DNA from: an uncultured Bacilli bacterium
GTDB lineage: Bacteria; Bacillota_I; Bacilli_A; RFN20; CAG-288
DNA: 64,000 nucleotides
Direction of reading: 5' to 3'
Assembly: GCA_944371605.1 (NCBI GenBank)
Contig: CALVXU010000030.1
Span: forward strand, 52,187-116,186
Shown here: in pieces, positions 48,931 through 58,174 of the stretch
How the letters are laid out: every line of letters begins with the position of its first letter
Numbering within the stretch: position 1 is the first letter of the stretch
The notes under the pieces: model-generated
Databases searched by the model: none
What the model was told of the DNA's origin: nothing
The model's input: only the letters and a program-made list of their open reading frames with translations
Program-made: the position numbers and the translations under genes

Positions 48931-49233
48931 ATGAAAAGATTATTTGGTAAATTCTTGTTAAAAATTGCAAACATTAGTAAAAAAGGTATCATCGTTTATT
49001 GCATAACCACAACTATTCTTTTTTTTATTGCGGCATCGATGTTTTTAACAGGAGTTATTTTTTTACCGCCTAATGATCAAACCATTTCTGCCGCAATCCC
49101 TTTAACAATCTCCGGAGGTATCATTCTAGCTGTTCTCTTATTTTCCGTTCTTTTTATGACACTTGCATCAAATTATGCCAAAAATAAAAATGAAAATGTA
49201 GTGGAAGCTAATGAAAATAATAAAACAAAATAG
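48931..49233 (+). CDS. Small hypothetical membrane protein (2 TM)
   Basis: 100 aa ORF between tRNA genes. No convincing Shine-Dalgarno site. Coding status uncertain. Confidence 0.3.
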   Translation: MKRLFGKFLLKIANISKKGIIVYCITTTILFFIAASMFLTGVIFLPPNDQTISAAIPLTISGGIILAVLLFSVLFMTLASNYAKNKNENVVEANENNKTK

Positions 49234-49274
49234 TGTTTTTTTCATTTGTTTGATATAATAACTACGCTTTATTT

Positions 49275-49360
49275 GCCGACGTGATGGAATCAGCAGACAT
49301 GAGAGGCTTAGAACCTCTTGGAAGTAAAATTCCGTGCAGGTGCAAGTCCTGTCGTCGGCA
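49275..49360 (+). tRNA. tRNA-Leu (anticodon UAG), class II
   Basis: Manual cloverleaf: acceptor GCCGACG/CGTCGGC, anticodon arm AGAGG-CTTAGAA-CCTCT, long variable arm, T-arm GCAGG-TGCAAGT-CCTGT. Confidence 0.85.
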
Positions 49361-49371
49361 TTTTTCTATTT

Positions 49372-50142
49372 ATGGCAAAAACCGAAAAGACTTGGAAAAA
49401 GATTTTAGTCAAAGCAATAGTAGTCGTGATGATTCTCTTAACACTAATATTGGTTGGAGCATATATTTTTAATTTGTTTTCAGGTGAAGGAAAGTTGACA
49501 GCTTTTTTTCAAAATTGGACCGAAAAGAACACTGCTTTAGCAATAGTCCTCTTCTTGGTTCTTTCACCGATCATCAATTTAATACCAGGCATATCATCAA
49601 TCTTTTTTATCACTCTAGCCAACTTGATGTTCAATGACCAAACAGCTATCGGAATGCTCAAAGCATTTGGACTTTGCGCTGCTTCAATCACAATAACTTC
49701 ATCTTTGATGTTTTTATTAGGGCGATATGGAGGAAAAAGAATCGTCGATTGGATAATCGGAAAAGAAGTGAGCGATAAAACAAGAAAAATGTTGACTGCT
49801 GGCGGCAAAGCGATTTTACCAGCTGCATATCTTTTGCCTTTCTTTCCAGATGACACAATCGCATTAGTAGTAGGAATGACAAATATGAGTTTTCTATACA
49901 ACTTTATTTGTACTTTGATATTCAGAAATATCGGCGCATTAACTATTTGCGTTCTCGGAACAGATTTCTTTAATTATAAAGAATTCACTTGGTGGATGTG
50001 GATTATAATCGTTATTCTCGGAGCCATTATTTTAGGTGTCTTCGCTTATATCAGCTATCGGTATTATCAATACTTGCGTGCGAAAGAAGAAGGACCAACT
50101 TATTATTTAACAATTGGCTTGTTAAAGAAGAAGAAAAAGTAA
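49372..50142 (+). CDS. TVP38/TMEM64 (DedA-superfamily) membrane protein
   Basis: Start set at MAKTEKTWKK (49372), because the track ORF N-terminus overlaps tRNA-Leu. Polytopic with LLGRYGGKRIVDWI, as in the YdjX/TVP38 family. Confidence 0.6.
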   Translation: MAKTEKTWKKILVKAIVVVMILLTLILVGAYIFNLFSGEGKLTAFFQNWTEKNTALAIVLFLVLSPIINLIPGISSIFFITLANLMFNDQTAIGMLKAFGLCAASITITSSLMFLLGRYGGKRIVDWIIGKEVSDKTRKMLTAGGKAILPAAYLLPFFPDDTIALVVGMTNMSFLYNFICTLIFRNIGALTICVLGTDFFNYKEFTWWMWIIIVILGAIILGVFAYISYRYYQYLRAKEEGPTYYLTIGLLKKKKK

Positions 50143-50150
50143 GTTAAAAG

Positions 50151-50687
50151 TTAAAATACCAACTTATTTAATATATTTCCTGTTAGTAAATCGATTAATT
50201 CTATGCCAGTGTCATCGATTGTCAAATAAGAATGATGACCATCTTTTGGCAAAGAGATAGATCCGGGATTTGCTAAAATCAAATTTCCTCTTTTTTCTAA
50301 TACTCCGATATGGGTATGACCTTGCAAAAAAATGTCTCCAGGATTCTTAGGAAGATTGTCAAAGTTTGTGTGATGACCATGAGTGCAAGTGATGATTCGA
50401 TCAAATGCAAACAAACATAGATTATCAAAAAACGTAAACTCTGAAACCATCTGATCTACTTCTGATTCACAATTGCCTTTAACAGCTAAAATTTCAGCTG
50501 AATACTGGTTTAATAACTGGACAACTTTTTTGGGAGCATATTCTTCTGGCGGTTCATTTCTAGCTCCATTATAATAACAGTCTCCCAATAAAATAATCTT
50601 ATTTGGATGATATAATTCTACTTTTCTAAAAAAAAGTGACGCATATTTATAAGAACCATGTATGTCTGAACCGATAATAAATTTCAT
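50151..50687 (-). CDS. Metallophosphoesterase (YfcE/MJ0936-type phosphodiesterase)
   Basis: 178 aa. GSDIHG, LLGDCYYNG, KGNCE, THGH and GHTH motifs. Confidence 0.8.
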   Translation of the reverse strand: MKFIIGSDIHGSYKYASLFFRKVELYHPNKIILLGDCYYNGARNEPPEEYAPKKVVQLLNQYSAEILAVKGNCESEVDQMVSEFTFFDNLCLFAFDRIITCTHGHHTNFDNLPKNPGDIFLQGHTHIGVLEKRGNLILANPGSISLPKDGHHSYLTIDDTGIELIDLLTGNILNKLVF

Positions 50688-50706
50688 TATTTTTTCCTCC
50701 TTTTAT

Positions 50707-51204
50707 TTAAAATATCACTTTATCTAATACCTTTTTTGTGATGAAATCATGCAACTTTATGCCACCTTCATCGATAGTCATAAATGATGGTGTATCGTCT
50801 CTAGGATAAGTTATTGATCCTGGGTTTGCAATGATATGTCCTTGATAGTCCCGATAGATTTTTTTGATATGACTATGGCCTAAGAGCATCACATCAAAAG
50901 GTTTCGAATAATTGTATTCATCATATCGATGTCCATGAGTCAAAACAAATAATTTATTAAATCTATATGCATAATTAACGATTGGGAGTGGAAAGTCTGC
51001 GCTTTCTACTGTCGGCCCATACTCATCGTTGTTTCCTAGTACTGCTGTGATAGAAGAAGCAAATCTATTCAAGCTTTTCACACATAAGTATCCGATATCA
51101 CCTAAGACGAACAAATCATTAAATTTATTTTCTACGTAATATCGCAAAATTTCATCAGTGCGTACGACATCATTATGCAAATCACTAATAACAAGTATTT
51201 TCAT
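50707..51204 (-). CDS. Metallophosphoesterase (YfcE/MJ0936-type), tandem paralog
   Basis: Start set at MKILVISDLHND (51204). Motifs LGDIGY, GNND, THGH and GHSH. Confidence 0.8.
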   Translation of the reverse strand: MKILVISDLHNDVVRTDEILRYYVENKFNDLFVLGDIGYLCVKSLNRFASSITAVLGNNDEYGPTVESADFPLPIVNYAYRFNKLFVLTHGHRYDEYNYSKPFDVMLLGHSHIKKIYRDYQGHIIANPGSITYPRDDTPSFMTIDEGGIKLHDFITKKVLDKVIF

Positions 51205-51313
51205 ATTTTCTATTATATTTTTACAAAATAGCAGTTTCAAATATCAATGCGCTTTCTTGATGCAACAGACCAAAAAATTACGTAAAATATATAATTGGTT
51301 TAGTGAGGTTATA

Positions 51314-52255
51314 ATGAACAACAAAAAAGCATTAATCATCGGTTGTGGTCATGTTGGTAGCACAGCTGCTTATTCATTAATTTTAAAAAATTTAGTTCAA
51401 GAAATCTTTTTGCTCGACGTCAACGAATCCTTATTATTTGGCGCTATCAATGATTTAAGACATTCTGCTGTATTTCAAAATATCAAGGTTCAAAAAGGTA
51501 GCTACAAAGATTTAAACGCATACGACTATATCATTATAACAGCTGGTCCTAGTCAAACTTTGAGCGGTGGTGCCACTCGTTTAAACGGCTTATTTAAAGC
51601 TGATCAAATCATCAAAAATATAGCTGAAAATTTCAAAAGTTCTGATTACAAAGGATATGTGATTTTAGCTTCAAATCCTTTAGATTTGATGACATATGCT
51701 TTTTGGAAGTATTCAGGCCTTTCAAAAAAACAAATAATAGGAACAGGAACATTACTAGATACAATTAGATATCTTGCCATCCTTGCGGAAAAGTTTGATA
51801 TTCCCACAGGAGCAATTTCAGGATTGGTTTTAGGTGAACATGGTGAAAGCTCATTTGTCGTCGGTTCAAAAACCACCATCTTTGACAAGAGCTTAAAACA
51901 ATTTTTAGATGAGAGAGCAATCTCTTATGACGATTTTATTTCTGATATCAATAAAGAGGTCAAAAAAAGTGGATTTGATATTGTATCCACTCAAGGAGCC
52001 ACTTATTATGGCATCGGAAACACCATAGCTACCATCATTGAGGCATTAGAAACAGAACAAGAAAGGATATTGCCTTTATCAACCATCGTCATGGGTGAAT
52101 ATAATATCAATGAACTAGCGATTTCTCTACCGACTAAAATCTCACAGAACGGATTTGAAATCATCACGGACTATTTCTTAGATAATTCTGAAATCTTAGA
52201 ATTACACCATTCAAGTGAAACGATAAAAAGCTATCTTCACCAAATAAATTTATAG
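51314..52255 (+). CDS. L-lactate/L-2-hydroxyacid dehydrogenase family protein (LDH/MDH superfamily)
   Basis: Start set at MNNKKALIIGCGHVGS (AGTGAGG Shine-Dalgarno site). Motifs ITAGPSQ...ATRL, ASNPLD, GTGTLLDTIRY and GEHGES. TAG stop. Confidence 0.8.
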   Translation: MNNKKALIIGCGHVGSTAAYSLILKNLVQEIFLLDVNESLLFGAINDLRHSAVFQNIKVQKGSYKDLNAYDYIIITAGPSQTLSGGATRLNGLFKADQIIKNIAENFKSSDYKGYVILASNPLDLMTYAFWKYSGLSKKQIIGTGTLLDTIRYLAILAEKFDIPTGAISGLVLGEHGESSFVVGSKTTIFDKSLKQFLDERAISYDDFISDINKEVKKSGFDIVSTQGATYYGIGNTIATIIEALETEQERILPLSTIVMGEYNINELAISLPTKISQNGFEIITDYFLDNSEILELHHSSETIKSYLHQINL

Positions 52256-52264
52256 AGGGTTAAT

Positions 52265-53443
52265 ATGAGCGATTTAAAATATGATATTCTCTCGATTCAA
52301 GAGAGAGCTGTTGCAAAACAACATCAAGGTCATAAAGTGATCAATGGCTGCGCTGGAATGCTCTTTGATGATGACAAAAAACTTTGCGGTTTTAATGAAG
52401 TGAATCAAAAAATCAAAGATAATTTCACAGATTTTTTGGCATATCCAGCTGTTTTAGGTCCTAAAGAATATAGAGATGGTGTATTGAAATGGCTTTTTGA
52501 TGAGCAAGTAGATAAGCTCGAAGAGTTGTATGCTATAGCTTTTAGTGTGACACTAGGCGGAACTGGCGCCTTATCAATGCTCTTTCATCAAACTGCCGCT
52601 AAAGGTGGCATAGCGCTTTTTTCAAACATCCGTTGGCCGAACTATGACACGATTGCTAAAGAGAATTATTTAAATTTTGACTTATATAATTTCATTAAAA
52701 ATGGTTGCTTAGATATAAATGATATTTCAGCTAAAATTAGTGGGTTGCTTGTTGAACATCAGCATATTATTTTAATAATTAATGACCCTTGTCATAATCC
52801 ATTAGGCTATTGTATGAGCGATGAAGACTACAAGGGCTTATTCGATTTATTGTCAAAATTTAATGGAAAAGTGTCTTTAGTCTTAGACATCGCTTATATC
52901 GACTATGATCCTCTTGAACAATATTATAAAAAGTACATTCTTAACATGAATAATTCTTTTCCAATCCATCTGATTTTTTCTTGTTCTAAATCGTTTGGTT
53001 TGTATGGATTACGATTAGGTGCTTTGATCTCTTTACTACCAAAAGACAGCGATTTAAATAGTCATTTAGAAGAAATGCGGGCTTATGCGCGCGGCACATA
53101 TAGTTGTGCTAACAATGGAGCAATCGGTCCAATGTCTATCTTTTTTCATGATGAAATCTCTAAAAAAACTGTCCGTGAAAAGCTTTCATATGAAAGCAGT
53201 AGACTAAAAGTAATCGGTTCTGAATTAGTAAAAATATTAGATGATTTGAACATCAAACATTATCCATACAAAGGGGGATTTTATTTAACTTTCGAAGTAG
53301 ATGATAGTATTCATTATTGTCAAATGCTTGAAAATAAGGATATTTATTTTGCTCCGATTGATGATAAGCATATTCGTATAGCAGTTTCTGGCTTGAATCT
53401 CTTAGAAATCGCAGAGCTTAAAAGGAGGCTTACAAATGAGTAA
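52265..53443 (+). CDS. Class I (subgroup Ia, AspC/TyrB-like) aminotransferase
   Basis: 392 aa. PLP-lysine context SCSKSFGLYGLRLGAL (compare SKNFGLYxERVG). NDPCHNPLG is comparable to the HxCxHNPTG region. Confidence 0.8.
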   Translation: MSDLKYDILSIQERAVAKQHQGHKVINGCAGMLFDDDKKLCGFNEVNQKIKDNFTDFLAYPAVLGPKEYRDGVLKWLFDEQVDKLEELYAIAFSVTLGGTGALSMLFHQTAAKGGIALFSNIRWPNYDTIAKENYLNFDLYNFIKNGCLDINDISAKISGLLVEHQHIILIINDPCHNPLGYCMSDEDYKGLFDLLSKFNGKVSLVLDIAYIDYDPLEQYYKKYILNMNNSFPIHLIFSCSKSFGLYGLRLGALISLLPKDSDLNSHLEEMRAYARGTYSCANNGAIGPMSIFFHDEISKKTVREKLSYESSRLKVIGSELVKILDDLNIKHYPYKGGFYLTFEVDDSIHYCQMLENKDIYFAPIDDKHIRIAVSGLNLLEIAELKRRLTNE

Positions 53444-55091
53444 TTATATCGTTTCTCTTAATTCTATTCCTGATGACTTGACTCCTGATGAAATTCTAAA
53501 AAGTGATGAGTTTTTGAATTTTCTCAAGCAATATTTCCGAGAATCGCGTCGCTTTGAACAACCGAATTCTTCTTTTTTTCATGACTATGAGGCCAAATCA
53601 ATCCGAAGTTTTATCAAGCGAATACTGCGAAAAGACGAAGATACTTTGAATAAGATTAAAAACCTTCCGCAACATAAGCAAGATGAATTACTCAACTTAG
53701 TTGATTCTTTATATGATTATTGGAGAAGTTTAAATCGCTATGTTTTCTTTAATAATTTTGAAGATAATAAGATCAGTCATCAAGAATTCATTCATAAATT
53801 TAATCTCTTCGCAGAAAGCATCATCACCTTTTATCGCACCATCTACGAAACAATACTAGGCCGTGAACAAACGATATATCGCATTCTCCCTTCTGGTGGC
53901 AATGCTGGAATCCTTCTCAACAAAAAAAGATTACAAGTTCCTGATTCTTTGAATTTCTTAACTTCTGTTCCGACTTTAGAATCTTTAGTCACTCAGCCAC
54001 CATTTATCATCAAAACAAAAGAAAACAAGAGAAAAGGTGTTTTCTTTGAAGCGAATAAACCGATAACTTCGACCCAACTAGATTATCAAAATTGCTATGC
54101 TTTATATATTAATATTTATGATACACGCGGCTTAGTTATCATCCACAAAGATTATCTAGGATTTTTAGTGGCATTAGGCAATCTCTTTCAAGTCGAGCCA
54201 TATGATCTAAATACAGAAAACAAAGGCTTTGAATTTATACTTTTATTCGGAACTGAAGACTCAGGAGATAAATGCTATTATTATAAAGATAAAAACACAT
54301 ATGTCGGCGTCTGCCCTAAAGAAGCGAAAATCGACTATTTCGGCTATGCAAAAAAGATGATATTAACACTTTTTAATCTAGTCATGATCGATAGACAATT
54401 GCTTCCTATTCATGGTGCGGGTGTTAGAATCAGGCGTGGAGATAAAACGAAAAACCTCTTCTTTTTAGGCGACTCTGGAGCTGGAAAAAGCGAGACATTA
54501 GAAGCGATTAGATTACTATACAAGAAGAAATACCAGGTTGAAACCATCTTTGATGATATGGGCACCTTCCACTTATTAAAGGACGGAGTGTATGCGACTG
54601 GAACTGAAATCGGAGCTTTTGTTCGGTTAGATGATTTAGATCAAGGATATTCTCTGAGATCTGCTGATAGAGCTGTATATCTAAATATCGACGAAGATAA
54701 TTCGCGTGTCGTCATCCCGATTGAAGATTTTGAAATGACTTATACCCTGCATAAAGTAGATGCTTTTTTATTAGCAGATAATTATACTGATACGGTTAAG
54801 GGCATCGAGCTTTATAGAGATGTTGAAAGTGCGATACATGACTTTGAAAGAGGTGAAAGAGTAGCTTTGAACACTACAAACGAAAAAGGTCTAGTATCGA
54901 CTTACTTTGCCAATCCATTTGGACCACTTCAAAGAAAAGATGAAGTGCATTCATACATCGATAAATATTTCCATAAACTTTTTGCTGATAATATCCCAAT
55001 AGGGAAACTTTATACTAGACTTTCATTAGACAGAAAAAACGGTCCTTATCAAGGAGCTGAGGCTTTGATCGATCTTTTCGAAAAATTATGA
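53436..55091 (+). CDS. Uncharacterised P-loop protein of the PEP-carboxykinase/HPr-kinase superfamily
   Basis: 551 aa. 8-nt overlap with the aminotransferase gene. The C-terminal ~250 aa carries YAKKM, LPIHGAG, FFLGDSGAGKSET, IFDDMG, DNSRVVIPI, LLADNY and FANPFGPL in the order of ATP-PEPCK motifs. The N-terminal ~300 aa is unrecognised. Confidence 0.5.
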   Translation: MSNYIVSLNSIPDDLTPDEILKSDEFLNFLKQYFRESRRFEQPNSSFFHDYEAKSIRSFIKRILRKDEDTLNKIKNLPQHKQDELLNLVDSLYDYWRSLNRYVFFNNFEDNKISHQEFIHKFNLFAESIITFYRTIYETILGREQTIYRILPSGGNAGILLNKKRLQVPDSLNFLTSVPTLESLVTQPPFIIKTKENKRKGVFFEANKPITSTQLDYQNCYALYINIYDTRGLVIIHKDYLGFLVALGNLFQVEPYDLNTENKGFEFILLFGTEDSGDKCYYYKDKNTYVGVCPKEAKIDYFGYAKKMILTLFNLVMIDRQLLPIHGAGVRIRRGDKTKNLFFLGDSGAGKSETLEAIRLLYKKKYQVETIFDDMGTFHLLKDGVYATGTEIGAFVRLDDLDQGYSLRSADRAVYLNIDEDNSRVVIPIEDFEMTYTLHKVDAFLLADNYTDTVKGIELYRDVESAIHDFERGERVALNTTNEKGLVSTYFANPFGPLQRKDEVHSYIDKYFHKLFADNIPIGKLYTRLSLDRKNGPYQGAEALIDLFEKL

Positions 55092-55158
55092 TTTCTACAA
55101 CACTATTTGTGATAGAATAAATATTAAATAGGAGGGCGCATAACTGCGCTTACATATT

Positions 55159-55728
55159 ATGGCAAAATCACATTTTTTTAGAAATTTCTTCAAATTGATC
55201 TTCTCATTAGTTGCCGTTGCTTTAGCAGTCATTTCTGTCGGTTTCTTATTCGGACCATTCGTCACTTCTGCATCTGATGAAGTTTTGACCTTAACAGCTG
55301 CTTTCTCAATAAGTGGTTTCAATTTAGCCTTTAATGGAGAAGGCCTTGCTGCTATCTATCAAAATGGTGAAATCATTGAAGATCTTTCGAGCACTTTAAC
55401 TCTCGAGAATCCATCCATCGGAACTCAAATTGGCATCTATCTTTTATTTGCTGGCTTGTTATTAGCGATTATCTATTTGATTTTCTGCTGGGGACATAAA
55501 GCAGTTAAAATCAAGAAATTCATCGGTGGAATCAGTGCTTTTGTTTTAGTTATCGCCGCTATTCTCTTCTTCGTGACTGTCCCTATGAGCGGAATCGATG
55601 AACTCACCGTTTCTTCCTACAAGCTCACTACTAATGAACTCGGATATGGCGCTATCATCTCAGGTGCTGCTAGTGGCTTAAGCGCAATCGCTATGGTTAT
55701 CGCTACTTTCCTTGGGCCAAAAGAATAA
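55159..55728 (+). CDS. Hypothetical polytopic membrane protein
   Basis: 189 aa, about 4 TM. GGAGG Shine-Dalgarno site upstream. Confidence 0.5.
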   Translation: MAKSHFFRNFFKLIFSLVAVALAVISVGFLFGPFVTSASDEVLTLTAAFSISGFNLAFNGEGLAAIYQNGEIIEDLSSTLTLENPSIGTQIGIYLLFAGLLLAIIYLIFCWGHKAVKIKKFIGGISAFVLVIAAILFFVTVPMSGIDELTVSSYKLTTNELGYGAIISGAASGLSAIAMVIATFLGPKE

Positions 55729-55747
55729 GTTAAATAAAGAAAGAGTA

Positions 55748-55779
55748 AAGGACCTTGTTGATAATCGGGTCCTTTTTTT
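55748..55779 (+). terminator. Rho-independent terminator
   Basis: AGGACC-(13-nt loop)-GGTCCT followed by a T7 run. Confidence 0.65.
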
Positions 55780-55788
55780 AATGAAATC

Positions 55789-56364
55789 ATGAATGCTTTA
55801 GATATTATTTTAGTCTCTTTATCCATGGCGGCTGATGCCATGACCGTCAATGCTACTAATGGAATTTCTGAAAAGAATATCAATATCAAAAAATTACTCT
55901 TTGCAGCATTGGTTTTTGGTATCATGCAATTTTTAATGCCTGTGATCGGATACTTCATAGGTTTTAACTTTCAAAAGCAATTAGAATTGTATATACCATG
56001 GATTGCCTTTTCCCTTTTGCTGTTATTAGGTATCAAATCGATTATTTCATTTATAAGAGATTTGCTAAAGAGCAAAGAAGAAGGTGTCAAAGAAATCAAA
56101 AAAGTGACTATTCCGACAATATTAGTTGAAGGAATAGCCACCTCTATCGATGCTTTATGTATCGGATTCGTATATTTAAACTTACCCTTATCTCAAGCGA
56201 TGCTCACTTTTGGAATAATAGGAATCACAACATTCGTTTTAAGCTTCATAACCGGCTTGACTGGTAAGCTGATAGGCGACAAACTTGAAAAATATGCTTC
56301 TTTGATTTCTGGTATTATTTTTATTGCTGTGGGTTTAAAAATTCTTTTAGAAGGAGTTTTATAA
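55789..56364 (+). CDS. mntP: Manganese efflux pump MntP family
   Basis: 191 aa. SLSMAADAMTVNATNG... and FGIMQFLMPVIGYFIG are typical of MntP/DUF204. Confidence 0.75.
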   Translation: MNALDIILVSLSMAADAMTVNATNGISEKNINIKKLLFAALVFGIMQFLMPVIGYFIGFNFQKQLELYIPWIAFSLLLLLGIKSIISFIRDLLKSKEEGVKEIKKVTIPTILVEGIATSIDALCIGFVYLNLPLSQAMLTFGIIGITTFVLSFITGLTGKLIGDKLEKYASLISGIIFIAVGLKILLEGVL

Positions 56365-56365
56365 A

Positions 56366-57850
56366 TCAATAATTGAAATCTTCTGCTCTGAGGGGATCAG
56401 ATTCAGATGAGTTCTCCCTGATATAATCTGCGATTAAATCATAAATTATATATTCGCTTCCATCGCTGTTGAGCAAAACTTCACTACCGCTTGAATAGAA
56501 AACGTCGCTTGAATCATCGATGACATAATTTATTGTGATTATATCTTTCACTCCGCTAGAAATATTTGTCGGATAATAAACATTTCCTGATATATCATAT
56601 TCAGTCACATTTCTATCAGGTAACAGCACCACTCGATTATCGAATGGAGAGACTATTTGAATATCAGCCATCGTGATCAAAAGAGGTTCAGAAGAAGAAG
56701 GATACGATCCTCTGATGCCTCCTGAATTATGGAAGGCTAAAAGTTTGCTTTCATCATAATTCTTGTCCGGATAATATTTTTTTGCCATCTCAAACATCGC
56801 TTTGGTTACCAAATTACCTGAACTGGTTCTATCCCAATATCCTTGTAAATATCCGATATTCTCAGGCGGCCTACTTTCAATCAAATCATTAACAGCCTTG
56901 ATAAAATCAGCATCAGCACTATAAGCGTCTGAAGAATCGACATACTCATATCGTATCGACTTTAATGAAGAACTATTGACATCGATAACTATACAAGAAT
57001 ATCCTTCGCCATCTCTGCCTCCTTGAACATATGGAATAGGTGAAGCAGTGTCGTTTTGAAAGCGATGTGAGTGTCCACCAAAAATGCCGATAAATGGAAT
57101 ATTTGAATATTGAATCGCATCAGTATAATCTGACCCTTCATCATCATGAAGGGCTAATAATACAACATCGGCACCTTCAGCAATACAAGAATCATATGCA
57201 TCTTGTAAAAGAGTTAAGTCTGAAGAAAACTCATATCCTTTAATCATTTCAGAGGAGATATCGCTTTCAAGATTAGATCCTATTGCACCGACCAAGCCAA
57301 TCTTATAACCTTCAGATTGTAATATAGCATGGTCTTTTATAAAATCCGGTCTTTTTCCAGTGCTTTGGTCGATAAGATTAGCACATAAGAACGGGAAATC
57401 AGCTGTCTTTTGATTTTCTTCAATAACTTCCATTCCCCAATCGAATTCATGGTTTCCTAACGCCATAGCTTGAAATGGGAAGAGATTCATCAATTCCGTA
57501 GTAGATTTACCTTTATCATAACCAGAGACATAACTGCCTTGCCACATATCACCAGCTGAAATGATGATTGAAGAAGGCTCATAATATTGATTATCTAAAA
57601 TAGCACCTTGTAAAGCGCTCATGCCTAAATAATTATCATCAGCTTCAATTTTGCCGTGGAAATCGTTAACGCTGTATATCGAAATAATCCCATCGCCTTT
57701 TTCGACATCCGAAGAACTGCTCGAACTAGAATTAGAACTATTTCCAGTATCTGGTGAAGCGATATGGCCGCTAGAAGTAGATGAGCCGCTTACACAGCTT
57801 GACAAAAACAACGTGAATAATGCGACTGATAAAATATACTTTTTGGACAT
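56366..57850 (-). CDS. Lipoprotein, 5'-nucleotidase/UDP-sugar hydrolase-type metallophosphoesterase
   Basis: Lipobox LFLSSC, poly-Ser linker, NDFHG, GDMWQGS, GNHEFD and a C-terminal 5'-nucleotidase-like domain. Confidence 0.8.
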   Translation of the reverse strand: MSKKYILSVALFTLFLSSCVSGSSTSSGHIASPDTGNSSNSSSSSSSDVEKGDGIISIYSVNDFHGKIEADDNYLGMSALQGAILDNQYYEPSSIIISAGDMWQGSYVSGYDKGKSTTELMNLFPFQAMALGNHEFDWGMEVIEENQKTADFPFLCANLIDQSTGKRPDFIKDHAILQSEGYKIGLVGAIGSNLESDISSEMIKGYEFSSDLTLLQDAYDSCIAEGADVVLLALHDDEGSDYTDAIQYSNIPFIGIFGGHSHRFQNDTASPIPYVQGGRDGEGYSCIVIDVNSSSLKSIRYEYVDSSDAYSADADFIKAVNDLIESRPPENIGYLQGYWDRTSSGNLVTKAMFEMAKKYYPDKNYDESKLLAFHNSGGIRGSYPSSSEPLLITMADIQIVSPFDNRVVLLPDRNVTEYDISGNVYYPTNISSGVKDIITINYVIDDSSDVFYSSGSEVLLNSDGSEYIIYDLIADYIRENSSESDPLRAEDFNY

Positions 57851-58134
57851 ATAAATCTTGAGCTCTATTATTTATAAATAGTGCCATCCTCCTTTAAACA
57901 TCTTAAAAATAACACAGTTAGTGCATTGATATTATAACGAATTTAAAGAAATAATTCCTTATATAGTAACACTTAAATATCATTAAGCCGAAGAATCAAG
58001 ATTGATATTCAATCAATAAATTATCACAATATGAAAAGCTGAAAAATCTATCGTTGTGATATCAATAAAAATAAATTCAGCAGTCTTAAATTTAGAAAAC
58101 TTGATAAAAAGTTCAAACAAAGTTCAAACAGAAA

Positions 58135-58158
58135 ATAAAAAAGCCCTAGAATTAGGGC
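58135..58158 (-). terminator. Rho-independent terminator after tRNA-Ser
   Basis: Minus-strand GCCCTA-attc-TAGGGC followed by a T8 run. Confidence 0.7.
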
Positions 58159-58174
58159 ATATTTCAGTCAAATA

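Noticed and set aside
55729-55788. Possible yybP-ykoY Mn2+ riboswitch upstream of mntP.
   Set aside because: The intergenic region is only 60 nt. It is fully accounted for by the terminator hairpin of the upstream gene, which leaves no room for the ~100-nt four-helix aptamer.
57851-58134. AT-rich 280-nt spacer upstream of the 5'-nucleotidase gene. It contains a duplicated AGTTCAAACA and an 8-bp inverted repeat TATCACAA-N24-TTGTGATA, considered as a possible sRNA or repeat element.
   Set aside because: The repeats are very short and the composition is simply AT-rich promoter-like DNA. There is no stable structure, terminator or ORF to support a distinct element.
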